A stretch of 63,435 bases of DNA, filler included, from Octopus bimaculoides (Eukaryota), in assembly GCF_001194135.2 (NCBI RefSeq). It is 5 parts of 4 records of this genome, joined end to end, with 100 filler letters (N's around TTAATTAATTAA, not from the genome) between each part and the next. Parts side by side here need not be neighbours in the genome. Positions count along the whole stretch, not along the records: positions 1 to 17,176 come from NC_068997.1; positions 17,277 to 30,172 come from NC_068997.1; 3 more parts are not named here. The stretch is one strand, 5' to 3'. The notes under the pieces are model-generated. The model had not been told where the DNA came from and ran no database searches. It saw nothing but the letters and a program-made list of their open reading frames with translations. Shown here one piece after another: positions 11,440-23,559 of the stretch (its first letter is position 1; each line of letters starts with the position of its first letter). The translations under genes and the position numbers were made by a program.

Positions 11440-11975
11440 TTTTCTTCTTTTACTTGTTTTAGTCATCAGACTACGACCATGCTGAGGCACAACCTTAAAG
11501 AATTTTAGTCAAACAAATTGGCCCCAGTGCTAATTTTTTTGTTTGTTTTTTAAAGCCTGGTACTTATTCTATGGAGCTGTTTTGCCGAACTGCTAAGTTA
11601 CAGAGATGTAAACACACACACACATTTTTATATATATATATATACTCTTTTATATCATCATCATCATCATCATATCGCATCCATTTTCCATGCTGGCATG
11701 GGTTAGATGGTTTGACTGCACAAGGCCCCAGTCTTTTGGCTTGGTTTCTACAAATGGATGCCCTTCCTAATGCCAGCCACTCCATAGAGTGTACTGGGTG
11801 TCTATATAAATTTCATACGGTAAGCTTTTTTTCAGTTTCCCCTCTACAAATTCCACTCACAAGGCTTTGGTAAGCCTGAAGCTACAGTGGAAGGCAAAAG
11901 TGCAAAGTGCAACAGTGGGACTGAACCAGGAACCATGTTGTTGGGAAGTAAACTTCTTACCACTCAGCCATGCCT
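11440..11975 (-). mobile_element. SINE family A with a nested (GAT)n-tailed element (11645-11805)
   Basis: 3' part 11440-11620 and head part 11820-11975 are colinear with family A; the intervening block matches the 10215 family inverted. Confidence 0.7.
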
Positions 11976-12332
11976 TGTTGTTTGTGTTTATGGGATGCCT
12001 GGGTTAATACCACTACCTGTTGCAAACATTTGCCCCAGGTTTCCATTGTGAAAGCAAGTTCCTCCTTTTCCACTTCTATCACAAGTTCTGAAGACCAGAA
12101 GGGGTCATAAGACATTGCTTTTTTTTTCTCTTCTGACGATTTATTTTATTTTATGTTCTTTTTTTTTTGTTGAAACATAGATTTTAACTGGAGAGAGGGG
12201 GGAAATGGTGGAAGAGATAAAGAAAAGATTGAAAATAAGACAAAAAATATGAAAAAAGGAAAAGTAAGAAATGCAAAGATGGAGACTGAAAGAATCAGTG
12301 AAGATATATATCTATATTGTGTTTGTGTCAGT

Positions 12333-12366
<34 letters not shown>

Positions 12367-12945
12367 GAGGGAGAGGGAGAGAGAGANNNNNNNNNNNNNN
12401 NNNNNNNNNNNNNNNNNNNNNNNNNNNNNNNNNNNNNNNNNNNNNNNNNNNNNNNNNNNNNNNNNNNNNNNNNNNNNNNNNNNNNNNNNNNNNNNNNNNN
12501 NNNNNNNNNNNNNNNNNNNNNNNNNNNNNNNNNNNNNNNNNNNNNNNNNNNNNNNNNNNNNNNNNNNNNNNNNNNNNNNNNNNNNNNNNNNNNNNNGGGG
12601 GGGGGTGAATAGCGATGTTGGAGGAGGTTGGTGGCAAAAGTATTCAATCATTAGGGCAGCTAATTAGTGCCTTCTCACTTGTGCAGGTGCTGGTAGTGAT
12701 GATGGTGGTAGTGGTGGTAGTGGTAATGGTGGTAGTGGTGCCGATGGTGACAGTAGTATTGATGGTGTTGGTACTTGGCAGTGATACTGGTGTAATGTTT
12801 TGCCAGCCCTATCCCACCAAATATATACTTGTTTTGTATCTCCTACCACCACCACCACCATCACTCTCTCAGTCTGCTAAATTGGATTTAAAATCCAATG
12901 TAAGGTGACAAAAGAAAACATACCAACAGCAAAAAAGTTCCTAAC

Positions 12946-12976
<31 letters not shown>

Positions 12977-13524
12977 CTTTAAAATGGTAAACAACATCCC
13001 AAGATAGCAGCAGTAGTGTCTTTCCATGACCAAACCAATTTCAAGATGAGAATGGTGGAGGTTTAGTGTGTGTGTGTGACTGAGTATAATTGCATTGTAT
13101 ATGCTGAAGTACTGACTGTACTGTACTTCATGACCTCTTCATTAGTTTTATTTGACAGCTGTGAGTTCAATCTTAGAGTTGGTTTAAAAAAAAAAAATGA
13201 AGTAAAAAATGTGAAAGGTTCATTTCCAGTAAATAATGGGAACAAAAAATGGATGTTAAAACAGAAAGTGGAATAATCATGGAGAAGCTTTCCCAAAATA
13301 TGATTTTGTTACATTCATGTGTTTGTAGAATGACTATCTTTGCTATACATCTTTTATCTTTTACTGGTTTCAGTCATTAGACTGAGGCCATGCTGGGGCA
13401 TTGCCTTGAAGAATTTTTAGGCCTCAAAGACAAGAATGTCTCTTGTTGCCTGATTGTGTAGTTGGGTTTCCAGAATGTTTACATGGATGGCCTACTGCTG
13501 AGAAGGGTTGATGCTGTAGCATTG

Positions 13525-14908
13525 GTGTCAAATTTTGGCACATAACCAGCAAGTTTGGGGGAGGGGGTAAGTGGATTACATCAATCCTAGTGTTAAACTG
13601 GTACTTGACCTCAGCAGGATTTGAACTCAGAATGTAAAGACTGAAAAAATGCTGCTAAACATGTTGACCAGGAGGCTAATGATTCTACCAACTCATCACC
13701 TTTGGTGCTGTAATATTAACCATTCTTAAGGCAGTGAGCTAGCAGAATTGTTAGCACACCAGGCTAAATGCCTAGTAACATTTCGCCTATCTTTATATTA
13801 TGAGTTCAAATTCCACTGAGGTTAACTTTGCCTTTCACCCTTTCAGGCTCAGTAAAAATAAGTACCAGCTGAGCACTGAGGTCGATGTAAATGACTTACC
13901 CACTGCCCTGAAATTGCTAGCCTTGTACCGAAATTTGAAACCAATATTAACCATTCTTATGAACTATCTATAGTGTATCTTTTATTTCATAAAGCGTGAT
14001 ATCTTTATTTTAAATACAATTTAAATTATTTTAATAGCAATATTTCATGTGAAGATGATATGCTTAATACACAAAGTTTAACACCAGTACCTGGTCCTCA
14101 TGCAAATTTTTAGATGAAACCCTCAGTACTGTCTCGGTCTGCATTTTTCCTGCAGACATTGACTAGCAACACATTTAGGTCAGTCACTAGATTATCAATC
14201 TCACTAATCTAGAAGGGCCTACGAACAAACCCCATTAGAAACTGCTTCTGATTTTCTATCTAATTTACAGAAAAAAAAAGTAAAGTGAAGAAGTCCCAGA
14301 AGATGTGTATCTAAGGGGAATACTGAGAAAAATTATTGATCTCAAATTTTGGCACAAGGCCAGCAATTTCAAAAGATGGAGTAAGTCAATGACATTGACC
14401 CCAGTGTTCAACTGGTACTAATTTAATCGACTCTTAAAGCATGAAAGTAAAAGTCAACTTCAGCGGAATTTGAACTGAGAACAATTCAAAACAAATATTA
14501 GTTTCCAATTTTGGCACAAGGCCGGCAATTTCAGGGCTAAGTCAATTACATCGATCCCAATGTTCAACTAGTACTTATTTTATCGACCTTTAAAGGATGA
14601 AAGGCAAAGTCAATCCCAGCGGGATTTAAACTCAAAATGCAAAGTCAGAAAAAATGCTACTAAGCATTTTTTCTTATTTCTTTATTGCCCACAAGGGGCT
14701 AAACATAGAGAGGACAAACAAGGACAGACAAAGAGATTAAGTCGATTACATCAACCCCAGTGTGTAACTGCTACTTAATTTATCGACCCTGAAAGGATGA
14801 AAGGCAAAGTCAACCTCAGCGGAATTTGAACTCAGAACGTAGCAGCAAATGAAATATCACTAAGCATTTTGCTCAGCGTGCTAACGTTTCTGCCAGCTTG
14901 CTTCCTTA
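13525..14908 (-). mobile_element. Cluster of four more SINE family B copies (about 13525-13700, 14335-14480, 14495-14670, 14672-14908)
   Basis: Repeated AATTTTGGCACAAGGCC..GACCCCAGTG..CTGGTACTT..GGATGAAAGGCAAAGTC..GGAATTTGAACTC motifs. Confidence 0.8.
13729..13942 (+). mobile_element. tRNA-derived SINE family B with 17-bp TSD
   Basis: GTGAGCTAGCAGAATTGTTAGC..GAGTTCAAATTCC..TTTGCCTTTCA..AAGTACCAG. Flanked by AATATTAACCATTCTTA at 13712-13728 and 13943-13959. Confidence 0.85.
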
Positions 14909-15095
14909 AACGAAATATCAATGGGAGAATGCATTATAGTAAAGGTGGCAGAAGTAACATCTGTATTGATTGACTATGGAGGGAAGTAGAGTGTAATTGT
15001 AGTTTTAACTGGAGAAAGTGAGAGGACACAAGTTGATAGTACTTAATGAATAGAGACTTTGAGGATCTTGATTATTGAGACAGATTAGCCAGCAG

Positions 15096-15130
<35 letters not shown>

Positions 15131-15140
15131 NNNNNNNNNN

Positions 15141-15180
<40 letters not shown>

Positions 15181-16378
15181 ATTTATGTGAAGATAAGTTT
15201 TCTATTGTTGAGTGTGTTATATATGTTGGGTGAAGAATCAGCAGGTTTTGAAATCTGAATGAATTTTATAAGCTTTAAAGAACTCATATATTACAAGCTA
15301 TGAGAAGAACGTAGGGTTTCGAGGAACAAGAAAGACTAAATGTTATTTCACACAATCTAAAAGGAATCAAAATTAACAGCTAAAGAAATCAAGTGGATAG
15401 TGAAAGACAATTTTAATATAAGAACAAGTGTGTAAAAATAGTAAAATGATGTTGTTCTTACTTTGAATAGAAAGAAGAAAAAATATTGTTACCTATGCGT
15501 TAGTTAAATAAAATAAACAGACAGATAAATAAATACAAAATGCTATCCTCTTGAAGGAAGCACTATCATTTTACTCTTTATCTTCAAGCATAGGAAAACA
15601 CAATTCTAGAGGTCTTATTAACAGATTGTAATCAGGAGTGAAGAAGTAAAAAAAGAGTAAGAACAGAAGGAAGATAGTTTGGAAGTAGCTTTTTCTTTAA
15701 GATTGGTCGGGTGGGGGTAGGGGTATTTTACTTTTTTTTTTCATTAAAAAGATAAATTTGAAAAAACAATGAACGCAAAATTATTAAGAACAAAATGTAA
15801 AAGAAGTGAAAATGGTACTAAAGTACTTTGAAAGTTTTATAGGAAATAATAAGTTTGTGTTAATGGTACAGTATAAAAGAACTGTACCAAAAGAAAGCAG
15901 TCTACTAGACTGCTGTATGAATAAACACAGGGTTCTTGTTTCCCAACTTTTTTTTTCCTTAATAACTTTATACATTGAAGATCTTAATCTCACTTCAAAG
16001 GGGTGAATTCCCAACAGAAACATAGAGCTTGTCTGTCTCTACGGAAGAGGTGTGATCCCTTGATTGCTGACCTAAATATTATCAGACACTAGGGCGAGGG
16101 TGGAAGTTGTGAGAGAAGGTTAGGAGGCTTAAAACTTCTGGCTACACTGACTTCAGATCTCTGCATGAAACTGGCGTCAAAAATTGATTTGCTGCACCCA
16201 CAAAAGACTTTACCATGGTCTGTGACTCCTTTCATGTAATATAATCTAATTATTATTATCATCATCATCATCGACATTAATATTATATATTAATATAATA
16301 TTATATTTCTATACCAGGCAATTTAAATCCTTCGTTTATTTATTATTATCTTGGGAAAAATCTGAAGAATTTTAAAAT

Positions 16379-16421
<43 letters not shown>

Positions 16422-16949
16422 GGTATCCACTTGTTTCTCAGTTTAGTTTGTTCAATGGAATAGTTTAGTACCAGTGTGCAGTTAATATATATATATATGT
16501 ATGTGTGTATGTTGCACACATTTGTGTAATACTATACATGTGTGTGTGTGTGTGTGCATGTGTGCAATAATTAAGGGCAGTAAATAATAGGCAGAAAACA
16601 GTGTTTAGAGCATTGGTTTAAATGCATTACAGTATTTAATCATGTTATTGTATATCCTTAGCTGAAATCCCTAGGGAATATACTTTTTCACTTTTCAACT
16701 CCCTGAGCTCAATAAAAGTGGTATAATACTTAATCAATGATACTCTCACTTTTGATTAAAATAATTGGCATTGTACCAAGTCAAAAGAAATTATGATTAT
16801 GCAATAAGTAGCTAAGTACTGTAGAATTAGAGTACACTTTCAAACGAGCCAGATTTTGAAGTTATTTCTTCTTCACTTCACTTTACTCTAATTTCATTGG
16901 TAAAATCTTGAAATCACAAATTACCTCCCTTTAAAATATCTGGCTTCAT

Positions 16950-17110
16950 CTTAATATATAAAGCTGAAGTTGTGTGTCTGTGTGAAGCCTTTTTAAAAGT
17001 TTATAGAAATCCACATTTTCCACTTTTTTGTAAAAATTTTTACATCAATGGAATTTTCTCGATGTGAACTTTCCAGTGCAGTAATTAGATTTTTAAAATT
17101 CCGTTTACTT
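16950..17110 (+). mobile_element. Possible non-autonomous Helitron-like 5' fragment
   Basis: TATATAAAGCTGAAGTTGTGTGTCTGTGTG resembles 5' ends of animal non-autonomous Helitrons. A similar head is inverted at about 53790-53900. No 3' hairpin seen. Confidence 0.35.
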
Positions 17111-17176
17111 TGTGTGATTTAAGGGAGATTTGGCTGTTGTTTCTAGCAACTTTTATATTTCTTCCCTTCTACCTGG

Positions 17177-17276
17177 NNNNNNNNNNNNNNNNNNNNNNNN
17201 NNNNNNNNNNNNNNNNNNNNTTAATTAATTAANNNNNNNNNNNNNNNNNNNNNNNNNNNNNNNNNNNNNNNNNNNN
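17177..17276. other. Artificial scaffold spacer N44-TTAATTAATTAA-N44
   Basis: Exactly 100 bp, with stops in all six frames. Identical structure occurs four times. Confidence 0.95.
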
Positions 17277-17307
<31 letters not shown>

Positions 17308-18329
17308 TGTATACACACACATATACATATACACGTGTGCTTATGCACGTACACAAGATGTTGATTTAAATAAATTGAGGGACACGCATTACATGTACAT
17401 ACACATATACATGCGTAAAACAACCGTACGTATCTTCATACACACACACAAACACGCACGATCGCATGAGTGCAAATGGATATGTACTAAATTTAGGGTA
17501 CATTACTTAATTTAGAACTGTATACTGCACTGTAATCCTTGATGCTTCCATTCTAGTTACTTTTCCAGATCCCAAAGTGGTGCACTTTATTATTTATGTA
17601 TGGCAGGTAAAATATTTCGCAGTTTCAGGTTCTTCGTTTATCTTCGCTATGTTTCTTTACCTGCATCATGTGAATTGTAAAATTCACCACACACACACAC
17701 ACATGAACATACATGCGCATATATATATATATATATATCCTACTTGTACGCACATATAATGTGAGTATATATTTATGTTGAGGAAAAATCGATGCACACA
17801 ACAGTGAAACCAATTCTTTCTTCTCTGACTTAAACTGCAGCGCATGCATATGTATATATNNNNNNNNNNNNNNNNNNNNNNNNNNNNNNNNNNNNNNNNN
17901 NNNNNNNNNNNNNNNNNNNNNNNNNNNNNNNNNNNNNNNNNNNNNNNNNNNNNNNNNNNNNNNNNNNNNNNNNNNNNNNNNNNNNNNNNNNNNNNNNNNN
18001 NNNNNNNNNNNNNNNNNNNNNNNNNNNNNNNNNNNNNNNNNNNNNNNNNNNNNNNNNNNNNNNNNNNNNNNNNNNNNNNNNNNNNNNNNNNNNNNNNNNN
18101 NNNNNNNNNNNNNNNNNNNNNNNNNNNNNNNNNNNNNNNNNNNNNNNNNNNNNNNNNNNNNNNNNNNNNNNNNNNNNNNNNNNNNNNNNNNNNNNNNNNN
18201 NNNNNNNNNNNNNNNNNNNNNNNNNNNNNNNNNNNNNNNNNNNNNNNNNNNNNNNNNNNNNNNNNNNNNNNNNNNNNNNNNNNNNNNNNNNNNNNNNNNN
18301 NNNNNNNNNNNNNNNNNNNNNNNNNNNNN

Positions 18330-18379
<50 letters not shown>

Positions 18380-19600
18380 GCACACACTCTCATATACATG
18401 CATATACATTTGAACTCATACCCCCGGATTTTTTAAAACAAAGGGAAAAAGATATCCACTGCAGATCACGCGATCAGAAGCGTGAAGATATATTTGCGGT
18501 TTTTGCGAGACTTTTCAGTATTGATAGCCCTTCCTTATTTATCGAACATTAAATCTAACCACACAATAAAACAAAAGAACAATAAGGACTACCATTTTTG
18601 TTCTTTAGAAACATCTCTCCAGGATTTTTTTTTCCTGAAATTATTCAAAAAATATCAGCCATCATCCATCTCGTTTAACGTTTTTGTGTGTATATGACAT
18701 ATCTTAGAGTGAACCATTTTGCGACGAAGGCAACACGTTTCTTATTTTTTCTGTTAACGACGATGGTTTAAAATTTATCTTTCATAGTTTATTAGGAAGA
18801 AAAAGGGGTCAATGTACGTATCTCTTCTTCAGAGCTTCCCTGATTGATGACAAAGTTGTTTTTCCTACATGGCCTTAGTCGGAGTTGGTTTAAATAATTT
18901 GTGTAGACATAAACACGAATACACGTACTACATCTACCAGAGAGAGGGAGCCCCACTAAGCAAATCCAAGGACGAGGTGGTTGTACTAAACCAGTATATA
19001 TATTACTTGTACCACTGTAAGACAGGAATAATCCCTCTAATGCTCTCCCACGCACTTTCCGTTTACTAAATTTTATTTACAATGTTTTGGCCGCTCAGAC
19101 GATAGGACAGAAGACACTTGACCATGACGCAACTTTCTGTAAAACTTTCTGTGGAATTGGTTGGCTAGGAGCTTATTTCTTTTATGGTTGTATCCCCCAA
19201 GCAAACAGAATAAAGATATTAAATGAAATATAGGAGATGAGGAAAATATGGAAAGCCTGTGCCGGCAGTTAAAAATAAATCAGTGTAATTTTGCAAATAC
19301 TCTTGTTTCTAAATAGGTTTTCATTTGATAGTGTTCTAGTTTAGATCCAGGTCGGCCCAGATCAGATAAATTATGGGCAAAAGTGATGAAGTCATGACCT
19401 TCCATCTTTTTGTTGTCAAACATTTATGTATATGTTTTTTCTTCTTTTATGTATGTGCTTTTTCCTCTTTTTTTCTTTAAAAATGGTAAGGTGTGATTTG
19501 TGAAAGATTTGGCTACTGTTTCTAGGCATTTGAACTTGGTTATTTCTTATGAGGACAAAATACTGGGGCCAGTATAAACGACAGTAATAAATAAATAGAC

Positions 19601-20050
19601 AGGCGCAGGCGTGGCTGTGTGGTAAGAAGCTTGCTTTCCAACCACAAGGTTCCGGGTTCAGCCCCACTGCATGGCACCCTGGGAAAGTGTCTTCCACTAT
19701 ATAGCATAAGGCCGACCAATTCCTTGAAAGTGGATTTGGGAGACGGAAACTAGAAGAAGCCCGTTGTATATATACACATATATTAGTGTGTTTGTGTCTA
19801 TGTTTGTCTCTCCACCTTCGCTTGACAACCGATGTCGGTGTGTTTACGTCCCCGTAACTTAGCGGTTCGGCAAAAAAAAATACATAGAATAAGTACTTAA
19901 GTGCTAGACTTACAAAGAATAAGTCTTGGGTTTCGATTTGTTCGACTAAAACTTCTTAAGGCGGTGCTCCAGCATGGCCGTAGTTAAATGACTGAAATAA
20001 ATAAATAAATAGAATAATAAGACAATAAATAAATAAGTAAATAAATAAAT
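19601..20050 (+). mobile_element. Full-length tRNA-derived SINE family A
   Basis: A-box-like TGGCTGTGTGG, B-box-like GGTTCAGCCCC, body with CpGs retained, and a (TAAA)n tail. It may belong to the described octopus OK/OR families; unverified. Confidence 0.9.
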
Positions 20051-20168
20051 AACTCCTGTAAGGTGATGCCTGAGGATGACCACAGATTATTGACTGAAAC
20101 CAATAACAGAATAAAGATGTTGTATATTGGGACCATGTAAATGTCTTGTCTTTATTCTAGCCAGAATA

Positions 20169-21295
20169 CGGGGAGGTACCCAAAAGTAACAGGAAACATT
20201 CTCAGTGGGACAAACCCGTAGTAGTTCATGCTTCCGCTGTTAGAAGCCACCTGATGCCCTGAGACTTCAGTCTGCCAACCGGCGTCGTATGGTGAAGTCG
20301 TACTGCCACGTGGTGCGTCTTTGTTTTGCAGTGCTTCTTCCCTGTTTGTCGATTTTTGCGATGGCTGAAACGAAGGAACAGCGTGCTTCCGTGAAATTCT
20401 GTTTTCTGCCGGGGAACTCAGCAGCCGAAACAGTTGTCATGCTTCAAACAGCTTACAAGGGCGCTGCCATGAGCAAAACAAGTTTACGAGTGGTTTTCAC
20501 ACTTTAGGAATGGTCACATGTCGCTTGAAGACCAATCTCGTTCAGGGCGACCGTCGATCTCCCGAACGAATGAAAGCATCACGAAAATTCATGAACTGAT
20601 CTTGGAAGACCGCCGCCGAACGATTGACGAACTGGTTGATATGACTGGTTTGTCCTGGAGCTCCTGCCAACGAATTTTCAGCGAGGAATTGCGAATTAAA
20701 TGAGTTGCAGCAAAATTTGTGCTTCTCTTGCTCACGGAAGATCAAAAATAGTCAAGACTAAATGCATGCATGTGTGAACTGATAGAACAGTTGAAAGTTA
20801 ATCCGGACCTTTTTTCGAAGGTCAACCCTGGTATAGAAAGATGGGGGTTCGGCCACGACCCGGCAGCAAAGCAGCAATCAAGTCAAAGGAAGCATTTGTG
20901 AGATTAGTGGCAAAGTGGAGAGTGGAGGTTTCATAACTACAATGCGCCTGCGCACACCACCTTGAGTGTGAGACAGCTTTTGACCAAAAATGGCATGATC
21001 CCTCTCATTCGATCTTGCTCCCTGCGACTTTTTTTTTAGTTTCCCCGAATGGAAAAATCCTCAAAGGAAAACGTTTTGCAGATGTGGAAGAGGCGAAGAA
21101 AAAAAAAACGATGGAGATGTTAAAAGGAATCACTTCGCAAAAGTTCCAGGGCTGCTTCGAACGGTGGAAAACGCGTCTGGACCGATGCATTGCTTCAAAT
21201 GGAGAATACGTTGAAGGCAATAAAGGTGTAAACATGTAAAACTAAGCGAATAAAATAATATTGCAAAATTCTGGTTTCTTTTAGGTACCCACTCG
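20169..21295 (+). mobile_element. Defective mariner (Tc1/mariner) element with both TIRs and TA TSD
   Basis: TA|CGGGGAGGTACCCAAAAGTAAC...GTTTCTTTTAGGTACCCACTCG|TA. Frameshifted transposase from ATG 20361: MAETKEQRASVKFCF, RSGRP, NAPAH, DLAPCDFFL, CFERWKTRLDRCIASNGEY. Confidence 0.92.
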
Positions 21296-21482
21296 TACAT
21301 GAGCAAAATGCTTACCATAAAGCTGAATTCATGGACACAAACGATAGTTTTGCACCAATTTAGCCTTGATAGCAAACAACAAATTACTTATTAAAACAAC
21401 GATAAGGCATGATTTGAGGGAGATTTGGCTACTGGAAACAATATACCCTACCATTTTAAATAATGAAAGCAAACAATAGATA

Positions 21483-21850
21483 GTTACTTACTTAAGCCCT
21501 TCGCTCCCTAAGGAGCAAAAGCCATCGACGGCCTTTCTCCACTTTTTTCGACCCTATGCTGCTTCTGTTGATTCTCTCCCGTTGGATACCTGCTTTGTAA
21601 GCTGTTTTTCCCTGAGGGAAGGCTTTCCTCTCCCAGGTCTTGTTGGTTTTGGATTGTCATCGATGCTTTTTTCCAAAGTAGAGATGTTAGCCCTACACAA
21701 ACTCACTTTTACCTCTTGGAAGAGACAGTCCATGTTAGTCTGGCCTCTATCCTTTGGACTGCCCAGCAAAGGAGGCTCAACCAGGAGCTTGCACTCTGCT
21801 GTATAATTCCTCTCGAGGAACACGAGCCACTTAACAAGGATTGGACCTTG
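21483..21850 (-). mobile_element. Short bipartite RTE-derived element (RTE 5' UTR-like part fused to RTE 3' end)
   Basis: Minus strand: AAAGGATAGAGGCCAGAC..GGGCTAACATCTCTAC, then after a short linker ..KKWRKAVDGFCSLGSEGLK* and a (TAAG)n tail. Confidence 0.65.
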
Positions 21851-22282
21851 TGGCAGAAATAATAGATAAGACGGGATGGTAATAGATAGAACACCTTTGT
21901 ATTGTTGGCCTACAAACAGAAATGCACAGGAGTAAAACAACAGCAACATAATAGTGAAGCAACGAAGGATCCTTCGAGTGATCGCACAACCTGCTAATAA
22001 TGGAAGCCGGATCCGCTTTAAATCACACACAACCATTTAAAAAGAAACGTAGGTTGTATAATGTCCTGAGTTCCCTGCTATTAGAAAAAAAAGATATGAT
22101 GATGACGACTGGAATGCATTTGACCCTAGGTTTGATCAATGTGGGCTGCTCTTCCTCTACCAACTAGTCAATAAATGAAACAAAAAAGAATTACCCTATC
22201 TATTCAATATGTCCTTCATTAATTTTCAAACGATAGGGTTGAGATTTGAAAGACATTTGGATATTTCTAGCAGGTCCATCAA

Positions 22283-22596
22283 CCACGTTATAGCCCCTTT
22301 ATAGCTCCACATTATAGCCCCTTTATAGCTCCACGTTATAGCCCTTTTATAGCTCCACGTTATAGCTCCTTTATAGCTCCACGTTATAGCCCCTTTATAG
22401 CTCCACGTTATAGCCCCTTTATAGCTCCACGTTATAGCCCCTTTATAACTCCACGTTATAGCCCCTTTATAGCTCCACGTTATAGCTCCTTTATAGCTCC
22501 ACGTTATAGCCCCTTTATAGCTCCACGTTATAGCCCCTTTATAGCTCCACGTTATAGCCCCTTTATAGCTCCACGTTATAGCCCCACATTATAGCC
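22283..22596. repeat. 24-bp minisatellite (CCACGTTATAGCCCCTTTATAGCT), about 13 copies
   Basis: Period 24 is directly visible, with few variants. Confidence 0.95.
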
Positions 22597-23010
22597 ATTA
22601 AATATATTTGAGATGGTGCTGAAGTGGCTAATTCTAAGGATATTTCTAATAATACACACGAGACAAAAAAGCCGTATAGTAAAAAGCGAATATTGATGTT
22701 AAACAAAAATGGCCAAGCGAGACTGTAGGTTTACTGAGCTGAAGAAGGTTGCTGCAGAAGTGAGAAAAGAAGTATTAGAAGCCATTCTGGCTTTTGTGAA
22801 ATCTGTCCTTATCTTTGGAGATACTGTTGAGGAAAAAAATGGATTTGTAGTAAAGAAGGGAGAGAGTAAATTGGTTTAGCTTTTGTATTTTTACAACTTG
22901 AATCAAAATGTCCAATGAAACAACAGCGAAAACAGCAACGAAAACAAAATCAATTATACGGATTATTCGCTTTAAAATACATCATATTGTTACTGCTGCT
23001 GCTGCTGCTG

Positions 23011-23056
<46 letters not shown>

Positions 23057-23559
23057 AAAATATTAAAATAGAAAAAAAGATGTAGTAGATGATAATGTTT
23101 TATCAATCAATATGATTTTATGGAAGTGTGTGTTTATCTTTTGTTTCTTGTTAATGTTATGCTTTTCATAGATTACTGGATTTAGCTAAAATTTCGATTG
23201 CTGCTTAATCTGCCACTGTCTACTTAAATTCTCTTGATATATATATATATATATATAATGAATTTGATATATATACACACACTCATATGTATGTACGAAC
23301 ATGCATATATAGGAAATAACTTTTCTTTCAGTCATGTATCAAAAACAAGAATGTTCTAGTTTTATTCTTTTTTTTCCTCAAGTTACTTTTTTTCTTTTTC
23401 TCCATATTTTAGCAAGTATTCCTTGTAGGTTGTATGGAACGGTGAAGTTTCTAAATCCAACAACAACGACCTTTTTAGGCCTTCATAATCTCATCATCAG
23501 TTTAAAGTGATGTTGACATATGTTGTTACCTCTTTATAGGAAGCGGGTTCATTCGGTTT

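Noticed and set aside
12086-12110. Possible terminal exon (DSEDQKGS*) in phase with candidate exon 5
   Set aside because: Only an acceptor and eight codons; competing candidates at about 11207 and 17569 fit equally well.
14156-14279. Two exon-like segments (TLTSNTF and RAYEQTPLETASDFLSNLQKKK)
   Set aside because: They would need a 34-nt intron and read-through hits a stop. At most one is real, and I cannot tell which.
15864-15914. Two adjacent 9-bp-stem hairpins
   Set aside because: Short stems like these are expected by chance in AT-rich DNA.
17221-17232. TTAATTAATTAA as a biological motif
   Set aside because: Always centred in exactly 44+44 Ns, so it is an assembly linker.
19601-19680. 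tRNA genes at SINE heads (also 2325, 13729, 63362)
   Set aside because: A/B boxes run into SINE bodies with no complete cloverleaf.
22283-22596. CRISPR-like array
   Set aside because: Units are contiguous with no unique spacers, there are no cas genes, and the context is eukaryotic.
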